From: Candidatus Methylomirabilia bacterium
GTDB taxonomy: Bacteria; Methylomirabilota; Methylomirabilia; Rokubacteriales; CSP1-6
DNA: 25,005 bases
Assembly (NCBI GenBank): GCA_046758965.1
Contig: JBHIBG010000036.1
Location: 1 to 25,005, forward strand
Reading direction: 5' to 3'
Positions 9,223-17,351 of the stretch are shown piece after piece (positions within the stretch are counted from its first letter, which is position 1; every line of letters begins with the position of its first letter). The position numbers were made by a program, and so were the translations under genes. Under the pieces are notes generated by a model. The model did not search any database. It was not told where the DNA came from and was given only the letters and a program-made list of their open reading frames with translations.

Positions 9223-9875
9223 AGAATCGGAAGATTCCCGTTTTGCTGGTGGACGACCACGAGGTCGTCCGTGTCGGCCTTCGCTCGCTCTTGAGCCGAG
9301 AGCCTGGAATCGAGGTGGTCGGCGAGGCGGGAAGCGCTGCCGACGCAGTGGCCCAGGCCGATCGGCTGCGGCCTCGCGTGGTGATCATGGACGTGAGGCT
9401 CCCGGACCGGAGCGGGGTCGAGGCCTGCCGGGAGATCCGGTCGGCGGACCGCGAGATCCAGATCATCATGCTGACCTCCTACGCGGATGATGAGGCGGTA
9501 TTCTCCTCCGTTATGGCCGGGGCCTCAGGGTACCTCCTCAAGCAGATCCGCGGACAGGAGCTGGTACGCGCCATCGAGACCGTGGCGGGGGGGCAATCCC
9601 TTCTCGATCCCGCCGTGACCCAGAAGGTCCTGGACCGCGTGAAGCAGCTCGCCTCAAGCTCGCAGCCCGACGAGATCGCCGCGCTGTCGGCCCAGGAGCG
9701 CAAGGTGCTTGCCCTCGTAGCGGACGGGAAGACGAACAAGGAAATCGCCGCCGCCCTTGGGCTCAGCGACAAGACGGTGAAGAACTACCTCTCTCACATA
9801 TTCGAGAAGCTCAACCTCTCGCGCCGGGCCGAGGCCGCCGCCTACTTCGCCCGCCGTCGCTCCCTCTCGCCCTGA
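9219..9875 (+). CDS. NarL/LuxR family response regulator (DevR/DosR-like)
   Basis: ATGA overlap with the kinase. LVDDHEVVR, phospho-Asp in IMDVRLP, LTSY, YLLK; HTH GKTNKEIA...KTVKNYLS. Confidence 0.95.
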   Translation: MKNRKIPVLLVDDHEVVRVGLRSLLSREPGIEVVGEAGSAADAVAQADRLRPRVVIMDVRLPDRSGVEACREIRSADREIQIIMLTSYADDEAVFSSVMAGASGYLLKQIRGQELVRAIETVAGGQSLLDPAVTQKVLDRVKQLASSSQPDEIAALSAQERKVLALVADGKTNKEIAAALGLSDKTVKNYLSHIFEKLNLSRRAEAAAYFARRRSLSP

Positions 9876-9976
9876 CCTGTTTCGAGAAGAACTGAATCTC
9901 GGGACCGGGCGACTCGGCCTGGCCTTCTCCACCCTGTGCCAGAAGGTTAGCGTGAGGGGGATCGGCTTGTCCCCGG

Positions 9977-9992
9977 AGGGCCATCTGGCCCT
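9977..9992. promoter_or_regulatory. Perfect 7-2-7 palindrome, candidate response-regulator site
   Basis: AGGGCCA-TC-TGGCCCT, with extra half sites AGGGCC (10002) and TGGCCC (10021). Same GGGnCnNNnGnCCC geometry as the DosR box. Confidence 0.6.
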
Positions 9993-10152
9993 ATTCCCTT
10001 CAGGGCCGAAATACTTGAACTGGCCCCCCTTCCGGCACTTTTCTTGGCTGTCGCCGTCGGTCGACAATGGGCTTATGAAGCGGCCCGTCGCGGTGGGGGA
10101 AGAGCAAGTGAACTTTGAGCTCTCTCGATAGACATCCGGAGGAGGGGAAGGG

Positions 10153-11271
10153 ATGAAAGGCGTCAGAGTGCGGGTATTCGCGTCCATGGTCGTCGCCCTC
10201 TCCCTCGTGGTCGGGTCCTCTGATAAGGCTTTTTCAGGAGAAGAGCTTGCCCCCTTGCCTAAGCCGCCAAAGGTGAAGGAGTCCCGAGCCAAACTCGGGA
10301 TGTATCTCTTCTTCGACGAAAGGATCTCCGGGGATGGCGGGATCAGCTGCGCTACCTGTCACGACCCGAGCAAGGGGTGGGCGAACAACCAGAAGAATGA
10401 CGAGGAGCTTTCAGACGCTTACCCCGGTTCCAAGTACTTTCGGAACGCCAAGTCGCCTGTCAATGTGGTCTTTGCCGAGACGGTGTATTGGGATGGGCGC
10501 CTTCCTGGAAAGTCGATGCTTCAAGTTCACGTAAGGGACCATCTCACGGAGACTCACTTTCTGAACATGGACGGGAGGCTGATGCTGGAGCGGATCAAGC
10601 AGATCTCTCTGTACGTCAAGATGTTCAAGAAGGCATGGAACGCGGAGCCTTCGTTCGGGAAGATCAGGAACTCGATCAGGGAATTCGAGAAGACCCTGGT
10701 GTCCACGAACGTTCCCTTCGACAGATTCCTCAAGGGGGACAGAACGGCCCTGTCCCGCAAGGCGAAGCGGGGGGTCGAGCTCTTCAAAGGGAAGGCTCGC
10801 TGCCTCCGGTGCCACAACGGGACGATGCTCTCCGATTACAAGCCTTATAACATCGGTGTTCCTGAGAACCTCAAGGTCTGGCGGGATCCCATGAGGCATT
10901 TCACGTTGCGATCGTTCCTGCTCGGGATGGGGGTTCCTGGCTTTGAGCGGGCCGAGCGTGATGTGGGGTACTACGCTGTCAGCAAGAAGAAGGAAGACAT
11001 CGGAAAGTTCGTGACCCCGTCCCTGAGAGAGGTCTCCCGGACGGCTCCCTATATGCATAACGGGATGCTCAGCACCTTGGAAGAGGTTATCGAGTTCCAC
11101 GCCAAGGGTGTTGGCCCGGACATTGAGCCGGTGGCGCTTTCGAAAAGAGAGATCAATGACTTGGTGGAGTTCCTGAAGAGTCTGAGCGGAGACGAAATCA
11201 AGGCGGCGAGCCCTGCCGATATGCCGGCGGACTACGCCCTTATCGAAGACTGGTACAACACCAGAAACTAG
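10153..11271 (+). CDS. idrP: Di-heme cytochrome c peroxidase (bCcP/MauG family), IdrP-like (tentatively the P2 type)
   Basis: Sec-type signal; LGMYLFFDERISGD, CATCH, YWDGR, CLRCH, FVTPSLR, PYMHNG; lies next to aio-like genes. Confidence 0.88.
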   Translation: MKGVRVRVFASMVVALSLVVGSSDKAFSGEELAPLPKPPKVKESRAKLGMYLFFDERISGDGGISCATCHDPSKGWANNQKNDEELSDAYPGSKYFRNAKSPVNVVFAETVYWDGRLPGKSMLQVHVRDHLTETHFLNMDGRLMLERIKQISLYVKMFKKAWNAEPSFGKIRNSIREFEKTLVSTNVPFDRFLKGDRTALSRKAKRGVELFKGKARCLRCHNGTMLSDYKPYNIGVPENLKVWRDPMRHFTLRSFLLGMGVPGFERAERDVGYYAVSKKKEDIGKFVTPSLREVSRTAPYMHNGMLSTLEEVIEFHAKGVGPDIEPVALSKREINDLVEFLKSLSGDEIKAASPADMPADYALIEDWYNTRN

Positions 11272-11313
11272 GGCACGAGGAACTATGGGGCGAACTCCAA
11301 AGGAGAAGTGGAT

Positions 11314-12468
11314 ATGACGAGGTGTAGGACGTTCCTGATTCTCCTTGCTGCCTTCGTGCTAGCCACTGGATCCACTGTGGGGAGGTCGGCGGTTGCTGGC
11401 GGGAGCGAGGTTCCTGAGCTCGGGCCCCTCGGTCCTGCCCCGATCCCTCCCGACAACCCCATGACCCCTGCCAAGGTCGAGCTGGGGAAGATGCTCTTCT
11501 TCGACACCAGGCTCACAGGAGATGCGAGCCTGAGCTGTGCAACCTGCCACGATCCCGCGCTCGGGTGGGGGGACGGTGCGGATATCGGCCGGGGTTACCC
11601 TGGCACCTCCCACTGGCGCAACATCCAGACGGTCATCAACACCGCGTACTACAACAAGCTCTTCTGGGCGGGAAGCAGCCGAAGCCTTGAAGCCCAGGCA
11701 GAGACAGCCAACAGGGGTGCGGTGGCCGGGAACGGCGAGCGGGACATGATGGAGGCGCGTCTCTATCAGGTTCCCGAATATCGAAAGATGTTCAGAGAGG
11801 TGTTTGGGGATGAATGGCCTCTGCTCAAGAATGCGTGGCGGGCCATCGCCGCCTTCGAGAGGACCCTTGTTCAACGAGATACCCCGTTTGACCGGTTCAT
11901 GCGGGGGGACAAAGGCGCCCTCTCGGCCGAGGCCAAGCAGGGGTTGAAGCTCTTCAAGGGCAAGGGCGGGTGCATCCAGTGCCACAACGGGCCTTTCCTG
12001 ACCGACCAGAAGTACCACAACTTGGGGGTACCCGAGAATCCTGCCTTCGCCGAAGACGCCAAGAAGCAGATCACCTTCCGCTACGAGCAGTATGCCAAGG
12101 GAGTGCCCGAGGAGATCTACCGAACCACCAAGACCGACCTCGGCCTCTTCTACCAGAGCAAGAGAAAAGAGGACATGTCCAAGTTTAGAACGCCCACCCT
12201 GCGGTACCTGGCGTACACGCCCCCCTACATGCACAACGGGGCCTTCTTCACCTTGGAGGAGGTCATCGACTTTTACGACCAGGGCGGGGGTGAGGATCAG
12301 GCCCTGAAGAACCACGGCATCGTCACCAAGAGCAAGAAGTTGAAGAAGCTCAAGCTCAGCGACGAGGAGAAGGAAGCCCTGGTGGCCTTCCTGGAGAGCC
12401 TCTCAGGGGAGGAGATTGTCATCGAGCCTCCCAAGCTGCCCGACTACGCGGTCATGATCACGAAGTAG
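11314..12468 (+). CDS. idrP: Di-heme cytochrome c peroxidase (bCcP/MauG family), IdrP-like (tentatively the P1 type)
   Basis: AGGAG at 11301 favours ATG 11314 over GTG 11308. Signal peptide; PPDNPMTPAKVELGKMLFFD, CATCH, GYPGTSHWRN, CIQCH, FRTPTLR, PYMHNG. Confidence 0.9.
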   Translation: MTRCRTFLILLAAFVLATGSTVGRSAVAGGSEVPELGPLGPAPIPPDNPMTPAKVELGKMLFFDTRLTGDASLSCATCHDPALGWGDGADIGRGYPGTSHWRNIQTVINTAYYNKLFWAGSSRSLEAQAETANRGAVAGNGERDMMEARLYQVPEYRKMFREVFGDEWPLLKNAWRAIAAFERTLVQRDTPFDRFMRGDKGALSAEAKQGLKLFKGKGGCIQCHNGPFLTDQKYHNLGVPENPAFAEDAKKQITFRYEQYAKGVPEEIYRTTKTDLGLFYQSKRKEDMSKFRTPTLRYLAYTPPYMHNGAFFTLEEVIDFYDQGGGEDQALKNHGIVTKSKKLKKLKLSDEEKEALVAFLESLSGEEIVIEPPKLPDYAVMITK

Positions 12469-12481
12469 AGGGAGGCCAAAC

Positions 12482-13042
12482 ATGACGAGGGGTGACAGCA
12501 TGGAAAAGAAAGGTGGGGAGTTCCTCTGTCCGTCCAGAAGGCAGTTCCTCATCGCAGGGGGCGGGGTGACAGCTACTGTTTTGCTCTCCAGCGTCTTCCC
12601 GGGCACTGCCCTCGGGGCCCTCAAGGTCCGGCTCACAAAGTACCCGGAGAAGAAGATCGTCACGTTAGGTAAGCTCAAGACCGATGTCCTGACGACGTTC
12701 AGGTATCCCTATGATGACTTTCACTCGAACAGTTTCGTCGTCAAATTGGGGTTTCCAGCCGGAGGGGGCGTCGGGCCCAACCACGATATCGTGGCCTTTA
12801 ACGCCCTCTGCACCCACATGGGAGGCCCGTTGATGGGCGCCTACAAGGCGCGGGATAAGGTCATGGGTCCATGCCCGTTCCATCTGAGCACCTTTGACCT
12901 GACCAGGCACGGCATGGTGGCGGCAGGTCACGCCACCGCGCCTCTGCCACAGGTTGTTCTCGAGGTCAGGCGGCAGGACATCTATGCCACGGGGATCGTG
13001 GGGCTGATCTATGGCTACAGCGATAACCTGGCGAAAGCCTAG
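12482..13042 (+). CDS. idrB: Rieske [2Fe-2S] small subunit, AioB-like; iodate reductase IdrB type
   Basis: Tat signal SRRQFL; CTHMGG...GPCPFH Rieske ligands without the disulfide cysteines; GHATAPLPQVVL and GLIYG as in AioB/IdrB. Confidence 0.88.
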   Translation: MTRGDSMEKKGGEFLCPSRRQFLIAGGGVTATVLLSSVFPGTALGALKVRLTKYPEKKIVTLGKLKTDVLTTFRYPYDDFHSNSFVVKLGFPAGGGVGPNHDIVAFNALCTHMGGPLMGAYKARDKVMGPCPFHLSTFDLTRHGMVAAGHATAPLPQVVLEVRRQDIYATGIVGLIYGYSDNLAKA

Positions 13043-13249
13043 CGCCGTGCCGATAACCGTCGCACGACCCACTTCGTGGGTGCCCGCCAGGGATGGCCTT
13101 CGGCCAATCATCATCTGGCGGTCGTCGCCCATCCTCAACGTACGGGGAGTACGCCTCCGGTGGGCCGGGGTCCCCACGAGGCGGAGCCGAGTGGGGTGCT
13201 GGACACCTCCCTGCGTCCTTGATCTGCTCGGTTCTCCGCACGGCGCCAG
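13039..13249. mobile_element. Non-autonomous MITE-like palindromic element
   Basis: Imperfect terminal inverted repeats CTAGCGCCGTGCCGATAACC (13039-13058) and GGTTCTCCGCACGGCGCCAG (13230-13249), 17/20 matches; four internal mini-hairpins. Confidence 0.55.
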
Positions 13250-13321
13250 TGGCGTCCTACCAAAATTGGACACAAACGTGGAGATGTTGGGCGAACAAGC
13301 AAGCTGAAGAGGTGTAAGACT

Positions 13322-15994
13322 ATGGCGACACCGTATTACATCGCTGAAGGTCGGGTTCCTCTGCCTCCCAAGGATGCCGATGTCTTGACCATATGCTGCG
13401 ACTACTGTGTGGTGGCCTGCGGGTACAAAGTGTACCGGTGGCCGGTGGGGAGGGAAGGGGGGCCGAGAGCTGGTGAGAATGCCCTGCGGGTTGACTTTCC
13501 CGTGGCGGTCAATACCGGGAAGTGGGTGAGCCCCAACATGCATAACGTCGTGATGCATGAGGGCCGGCCCCACAACGTCATCGTGATCCCCGATGCGGAT
13601 TCGAAGGTGGTGAACGTCGGGGGGACCCACAGCATCCGGGGGGGGTGCATCGCGCAGAAATGCTACAACCCCCAGAAGCCTACCGCCGACAGGCTCCAAC
13701 ATCCCCTGCTCAGGGTCGGTGGCTCTCTCCAGATGGTCTCGTGGGGTGCCGCGTTGGACATCATGGCCGAGGTCTCTAAGCACGTCATCAAGAATTATGG
13801 GCCCCACGCCTGGGCCATGAAGATGTTCAGCTACCAGTTCTTTGAGAACACATACGCCCTGACCAAGATCGCCTTCCGGCACATCAAGACCCCGGCTTGG
13901 GCCTCGCACTGGACCGGAACCGCCAACACCAATTCAACCCCGGGATTCAGGGATGTGGGGTTCGACAACTTCGGCCCGGCCTACGAAGACTTCAAGAACG
14001 CCGATGTCCTGTTCTGCTCGGGCTCGGACCCCTTTGAGACCAAGACGGTGCTCTTCACCGCCTGGATCCTGCCAGGGATCTTGGAGCACGGCCTCAAGGT
14101 GATCATGGCGAACCCGCGGAAGACCACCGGCGCGGCCTTTTCCGAACAGCACGGCGGCCTCTTCCTCCAGGTCGAGCCGGGGAGCGATACCGTCCTTCAC
14201 ATGGCCATCTCCAGGGTCATCCTCGAGAACGGCTGGGAGGATCGGGACTGGATTGCCAAGTACACCTCCAACAAGTGGGAAACCGATTCCGGATTCGGGC
14301 AGGGAACACGGAACACTCCGTGGCAGTGGAGGACGACCTGGGGCAAGCTCGAGGGCCGAAGCTTCGAGGATTACAAGAAGTGGCTCCTCGCGCAGAAGGA
14401 ATCCACCCTGGACTTCGCGGAAAAGGAAACCGGCGTGCCCCGGCAGAAGATCATCAAGGCCGCGGAGATGATGGCGAAGCCCGTCAATGGCAAGCGCCCC
14501 AAGACGACCATCGGCATTGAGAAGGGAAACTACTGGTCGAACAACTATCTCAATACGGTCTCGATTGCGACCCTAGCCCTTCTCTGCGGGACCGGGAACC
14601 GGCCCGGTCAGATGATCGGGAGGTTTGGTGGCCACCAGCGGGGAGGCAACACCGCGGGGCGATATCCCAACGAGAGGTCGCCGGAGAAGTATCCCGGCCG
14701 GAGGAAGAGGAAGATTGATCTCGACCGATGGGTTCAGACCGGAAACGTGAGGTTTGCCTGGGTCATCGGGACCACCTGGATCCAGTCCATGGCGGCGGGG
14801 GCCGAGCTGCGTAAGGTCTTTGACGCCATGACCCGACGCAACCCTTACCAGATCGAAGGCTTCGATACGGCGCGGGCCATCGAGACGCTCAAGAAACGGG
14901 TCGATAGCGGCGGGATGGTGGTGGTCGAACAGGACATCTACCTGCGGGATCCCATCGGGTCCAAGTATGCCGATATCGTTCTGCCGGCCGCGACCTGGGG
15001 TGAAGAGGATTTCACCCGGTGCAACGGAGAGAGAAGACTCCGCCTCTACCAGAAGTTCTATGATCCCCCGGGCGATGCGAAGCCCGACTGGTGGATCGCG
15101 GCCCAGTTTGCCAAGCGGATGGGCTTCGAGGGCTTTGACTGGAAGGATTCCAATGAGGTCTTCGAGGAGGGCGCACGGTTCAGGAGGGGAAGCCGCGTCA
15201 ACTACCATCCCCTGGTCTGGCTCGCCAAGAAGAATGGGATGCGGGGCCACGACCTCTTGCAGACATACGGGACCCACGGCATCCAGTGCCCCATCCGGTA
15301 CGAGGATGGGAACCTCGTTGGGACCGTGAGACTCCACGACTCCACCCTCAAGCTTCCCGAGACCGGTCCCCAGGGGCCGACGGTCTGGCGGAAATGGCTC
15401 ACTGCTTCCAAATCTCAGTCCGGGAAGTTCAACTGGATGCGGTCGCCATGGGACCTCTTCGCTGACTACTATGACTGGCTGAAGCCCAGGGGAGACGAGC
15501 TCTGGCTGAGCAATGTCCGGATCAACGAGACCTGGCAGACCATGTTCGACGACATAAGGAAGCCGTACATCGCCCAGCGCTGGCCCGAGATCTTCGTAGA
15601 GATCCACCCGGACGATGCCCGGCCCCGGGGCATCGAGAGCGGGGACGCGGTCAGCCTCACCAATGACAGGATTCCCGTCCAGACGGGAGGGTTCTACGGG
15701 GTCATGGCGGATGACGCGAGCTTCACAGGCCTGATGAAGAACGGCCATATCAAGATGACCAGAGCGTCCATTTCCGCGGTGGCGATCGTCACCCCGGCGG
15801 TGAAGAAAGGGGTCGTGGCAGCCCTGAAGTTCGACATGACCAACTCGGTCAATGACCTCATTCCGCGGGTAACCGACCCCTTCAACAACCACTATCGCTT
15901 CATGCTGGCGGTGGCAAAGGTCAAGAAGATCGGGGAATCGCCGTACAAGAGGTCGCTCAATGCCATGAGCTTTGCGCGGAGAGATATCGTGTAG
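13322..15994 (+). CDS. idrA: AioA-like molybdopterin large subunit; dissimilatory iodate reductase IdrA clade
   Basis: VPLPPKDA...CDYCVVACGYKVYRWP ([3Fe-4S] CxxCxxxC), HSIRGG (Ser in place of the fourth Cys), FENTYA, IEKGNYWSNNY, RFGGHQRGG, NGERRLRLYQKFYDPPG. Lacks the AioA HNRPAYNSE and GGHQEG motifs; cluster includes two Ccp genes. Confidence 0.85.
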   Translation: MATPYYIAEGRVPLPPKDADVLTICCDYCVVACGYKVYRWPVGREGGPRAGENALRVDFPVAVNTGKWVSPNMHNVVMHEGRPHNVIVIPDADSKVVNVGGTHSIRGGCIAQKCYNPQKPTADRLQHPLLRVGGSLQMVSWGAALDIMAEVSKHVIKNYGPHAWAMKMFSYQFFENTYALTKIAFRHIKTPAWASHWTGTANTNSTPGFRDVGFDNFGPAYEDFKNADVLFCSGSDPFETKTVLFTAWILPGILEHGLKVIMANPRKTTGAAFSEQHGGLFLQVEPGSDTVLHMAISRVILENGWEDRDWIAKYTSNKWETDSGFGQGTRNTPWQWRTTWGKLEGRSFEDYKKWLLAQKESTLDFAEKETGVPRQKIIKAAEMMAKPVNGKRPKTTIGIEKGNYWSNNYLNTVSIATLALLCGTGNRPGQMIGRFGGHQRGGNTAGRYPNERSPEKYPGRRKRKIDLDRWVQTGNVRFAWVIGTTWIQSMAAGAELRKVFDAMTRRNPYQIEGFDTARAIETLKKRVDSGGMVVVEQDIYLRDPIGSKYADIVLPAATWGEEDFTRCNGERRLRLYQKFYDPPGDAKPDWWIAAQFAKRMGFEGFDWKDSNEVFEEGARFRRGSRVNYHPLVWLAKKNGMRGHDLLQTYGTHGIQCPIRYEDGNLVGTVRLHDSTLKLPETGPQGPTVWRKWLTASKSQSGKFNWMRSPWDLFADYYDWLKPRGDELWLSNVRINETWQTMFDDIRKPYIAQRWPEIFVEIHPDDARPRGIESGDAVSLTNDRIPVQTGGFYGVMADDASFTGLMKNGHIKMTRASISAVAIVTPAVKKGVVAALKFDMTNSVNDLIPRVTDPFNNHYRFMLAVAKVKKIGESPYKRSLNAMSFARRDIV

Positions 15995-16024
15995 GGCGGA
16001 TCATTCATCATTCATGAGCGCGCC

Positions 16025-16110
16025 TGAGACCCTCGCCCCGACGCTCTCCCTCTTGAGGGAGACCTTTTGAGACCCTCGCCCCCAGCGGGGGAGAGGGGAG
16101 GGTGAGGGGG
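16025..16110. repeat. REP-like (CCCTC-type) palindromic pair
   Basis: Direct repeat TGAGACCCTCGCCCC at 16025 and 16068; hairpins TCTCCCTC-TT-GAGGGAGA and CCCTCGCCCCC-AGC-GGGGGAGAGGG; distal GGGTGAGGG. Confidence 0.6.
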
Positions 16111-16140
16111 GGCTGAGGTGTCTCGCGGGAGGATGAGGGA

Positions 16141-16989
16141 ATGGCAAAGCAAGAGCGCGGAATCGGAGGCGTTGCGGCGAGGGAGACCTGGATCCCGCCT
16201 GCTGCAAGGTCCCTTCAGGTGGACGAGCCGGAGTCACTGAGGAGGCTCAAGGCCGCAATGGCGCCAGTGCAGTTCAAGGTGGCCATCACCGGCACGGAGC
16301 GCGGAGCAGGCGTGAGCACTGTCGCGGTGAACCTTGCCTTGGCCCTGGCTCGGGCGGATCGAGACGGTCACGCCGGCGCGGTGCAAAAGAAGCCCCCAAT
16401 GGGGATCCTCCATCTGGGAGTGGCCCCCAAGCCGGCTCTCGACCCTGCGGGGATGAAGGTTCTCTCCCTGGAGACCCTTCTCGGCGGTCCGCTCGCCCTG
16501 CAAACGGGGGTCAGCACGGACTGGCGGGTAGTGCAGGAGTCCCTCACCCGGGTCGATTGGAAGGGAATTGATTTCCTCCTAGTCGAGCTGCCTTTCGGGA
16601 TCGGGATCGTGGGAGACTTTTCAGAACTCTTCCCTGCGATGGATGCCGCCTGCATTGTCACGTTGCCCACCGAAGGCGCGCGGGATCGTATCAGGAGAGC
16701 CTGGAAGTTCTTCGACGCTAGCAGCATCCCGGTCATTGGGCTGGTGTCGAACATGGAAGGACGCTTCAAGGGTGAGGAGGTGGAGGACCTGGGTCAGACT
16801 TTTGGCATCCCCCTCCGCGTGGGGCTCCCCCATGAGCCCGCCCTGGCCACTATCCAGGCCGGTGCCGCTCCCTACATCCTGGCAAACAGGGAGGCAAAGG
16901 TCAGCAGGGCCTTCTTCGACCTCGCGGATGACCTGGTGGACTATCTTTTCTGGCTTCGCGACGAGGGCGATCAGGAGGAAGAATTCTAA
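16141..16989 (+). CDS. Degenerate Mrp/NBP35 (ApbC)-like P-loop protein
   Basis: KVAITGTERGAGVSTVAVNLALALA, GMKVLSL, VDWKGIDFLLVELPFG, IPVIGLVSNM follow the Mrp/ApbC pattern, but catalytic residues are altered. Confidence 0.75.
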   Translation: MAKQERGIGGVAARETWIPPAARSLQVDEPESLRRLKAAMAPVQFKVAITGTERGAGVSTVAVNLALALARADRDGHAGAVQKKPPMGILHLGVAPKPALDPAGMKVLSLETLLGGPLALQTGVSTDWRVVQESLTRVDWKGIDFLLVELPFGIGIVGDFSELFPAMDAACIVTLPTEGARDRIRRAWKFFDASSIPVIGLVSNMEGRFKGEEVEDLGQTFGIPLRVGLPHEPALATIQAGAAPYILANREAKVSRAFFDLADDLVDYLFWLRDEGDQEEEF

Positions 16990-17246
16990 CCCGCCATAAC
17001 TTCATTCTGCTGATTTCCCTAGCCCCCGCTACGCCGGAATTGCGCCTAAGGTATTTCACGCGATTCACATGTACGACCTGATCTTCTCGCCAGCAACAGA
17101 GCGGGTGTCTCCGGTCATTGACACAGAGGGCAGATGCAAATCAGCGTTTCTCCGGTCAAGGTGATCCCCAGTCCCCAGGAACTCCTCTCGCCGCTTCCTG
17201 CGCATGATCGGTTGCTCCCCATCGGTGAGCTAAAGGAGGGGGGGTT

Positions 17247-17340
17247 CCGGAAGCCATTTGGCCCTATTACCCCAGGGCCAAAAAAAACTGTCCGTGTTCC
17301 CTGTTCGGCACTTTTGTCCACTCTGCCGTTGATCGATCAT
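17247..17340 (+). promoter_or_regulatory. Second copy of the upstream regulatory sequence found before the idrP genes
   Basis: Shares GCCATYTGGCCCTATT, CAGGGCC, CGGCACTTTT and GCCGTYGRTCGA, in the same order, with 9973-10064. Confidence 0.65.
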
Positions 17341-17351
17341 CTGTACTAGTT

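Noticed and set aside
10032..10048. Sigma54 promoter (CCGGCACTTTTCTTGG)
   Set aside because: The -12 position reads GG rather than GC, the second copy lacks it, and the neighbouring regulator is LuxR-type rather than an enhancer-binding protein.
12482..15994. Canonical arsenite oxidase aioBA
   Set aside because: HNRPAYNSE and GGHQEG motifs are absent, two Ccp genes are adjacent, and no aioX/aioS/aioR or ars genes are in the window.
17329..17342. FNR box (TTGAT...)
   Set aside because: The second half does not match ATCAA at the required spacing.
17134..17349. 71-aa ORF in the intergenic region
   Set aside because: No motifs; overlaps the duplicated regulatory sequence.
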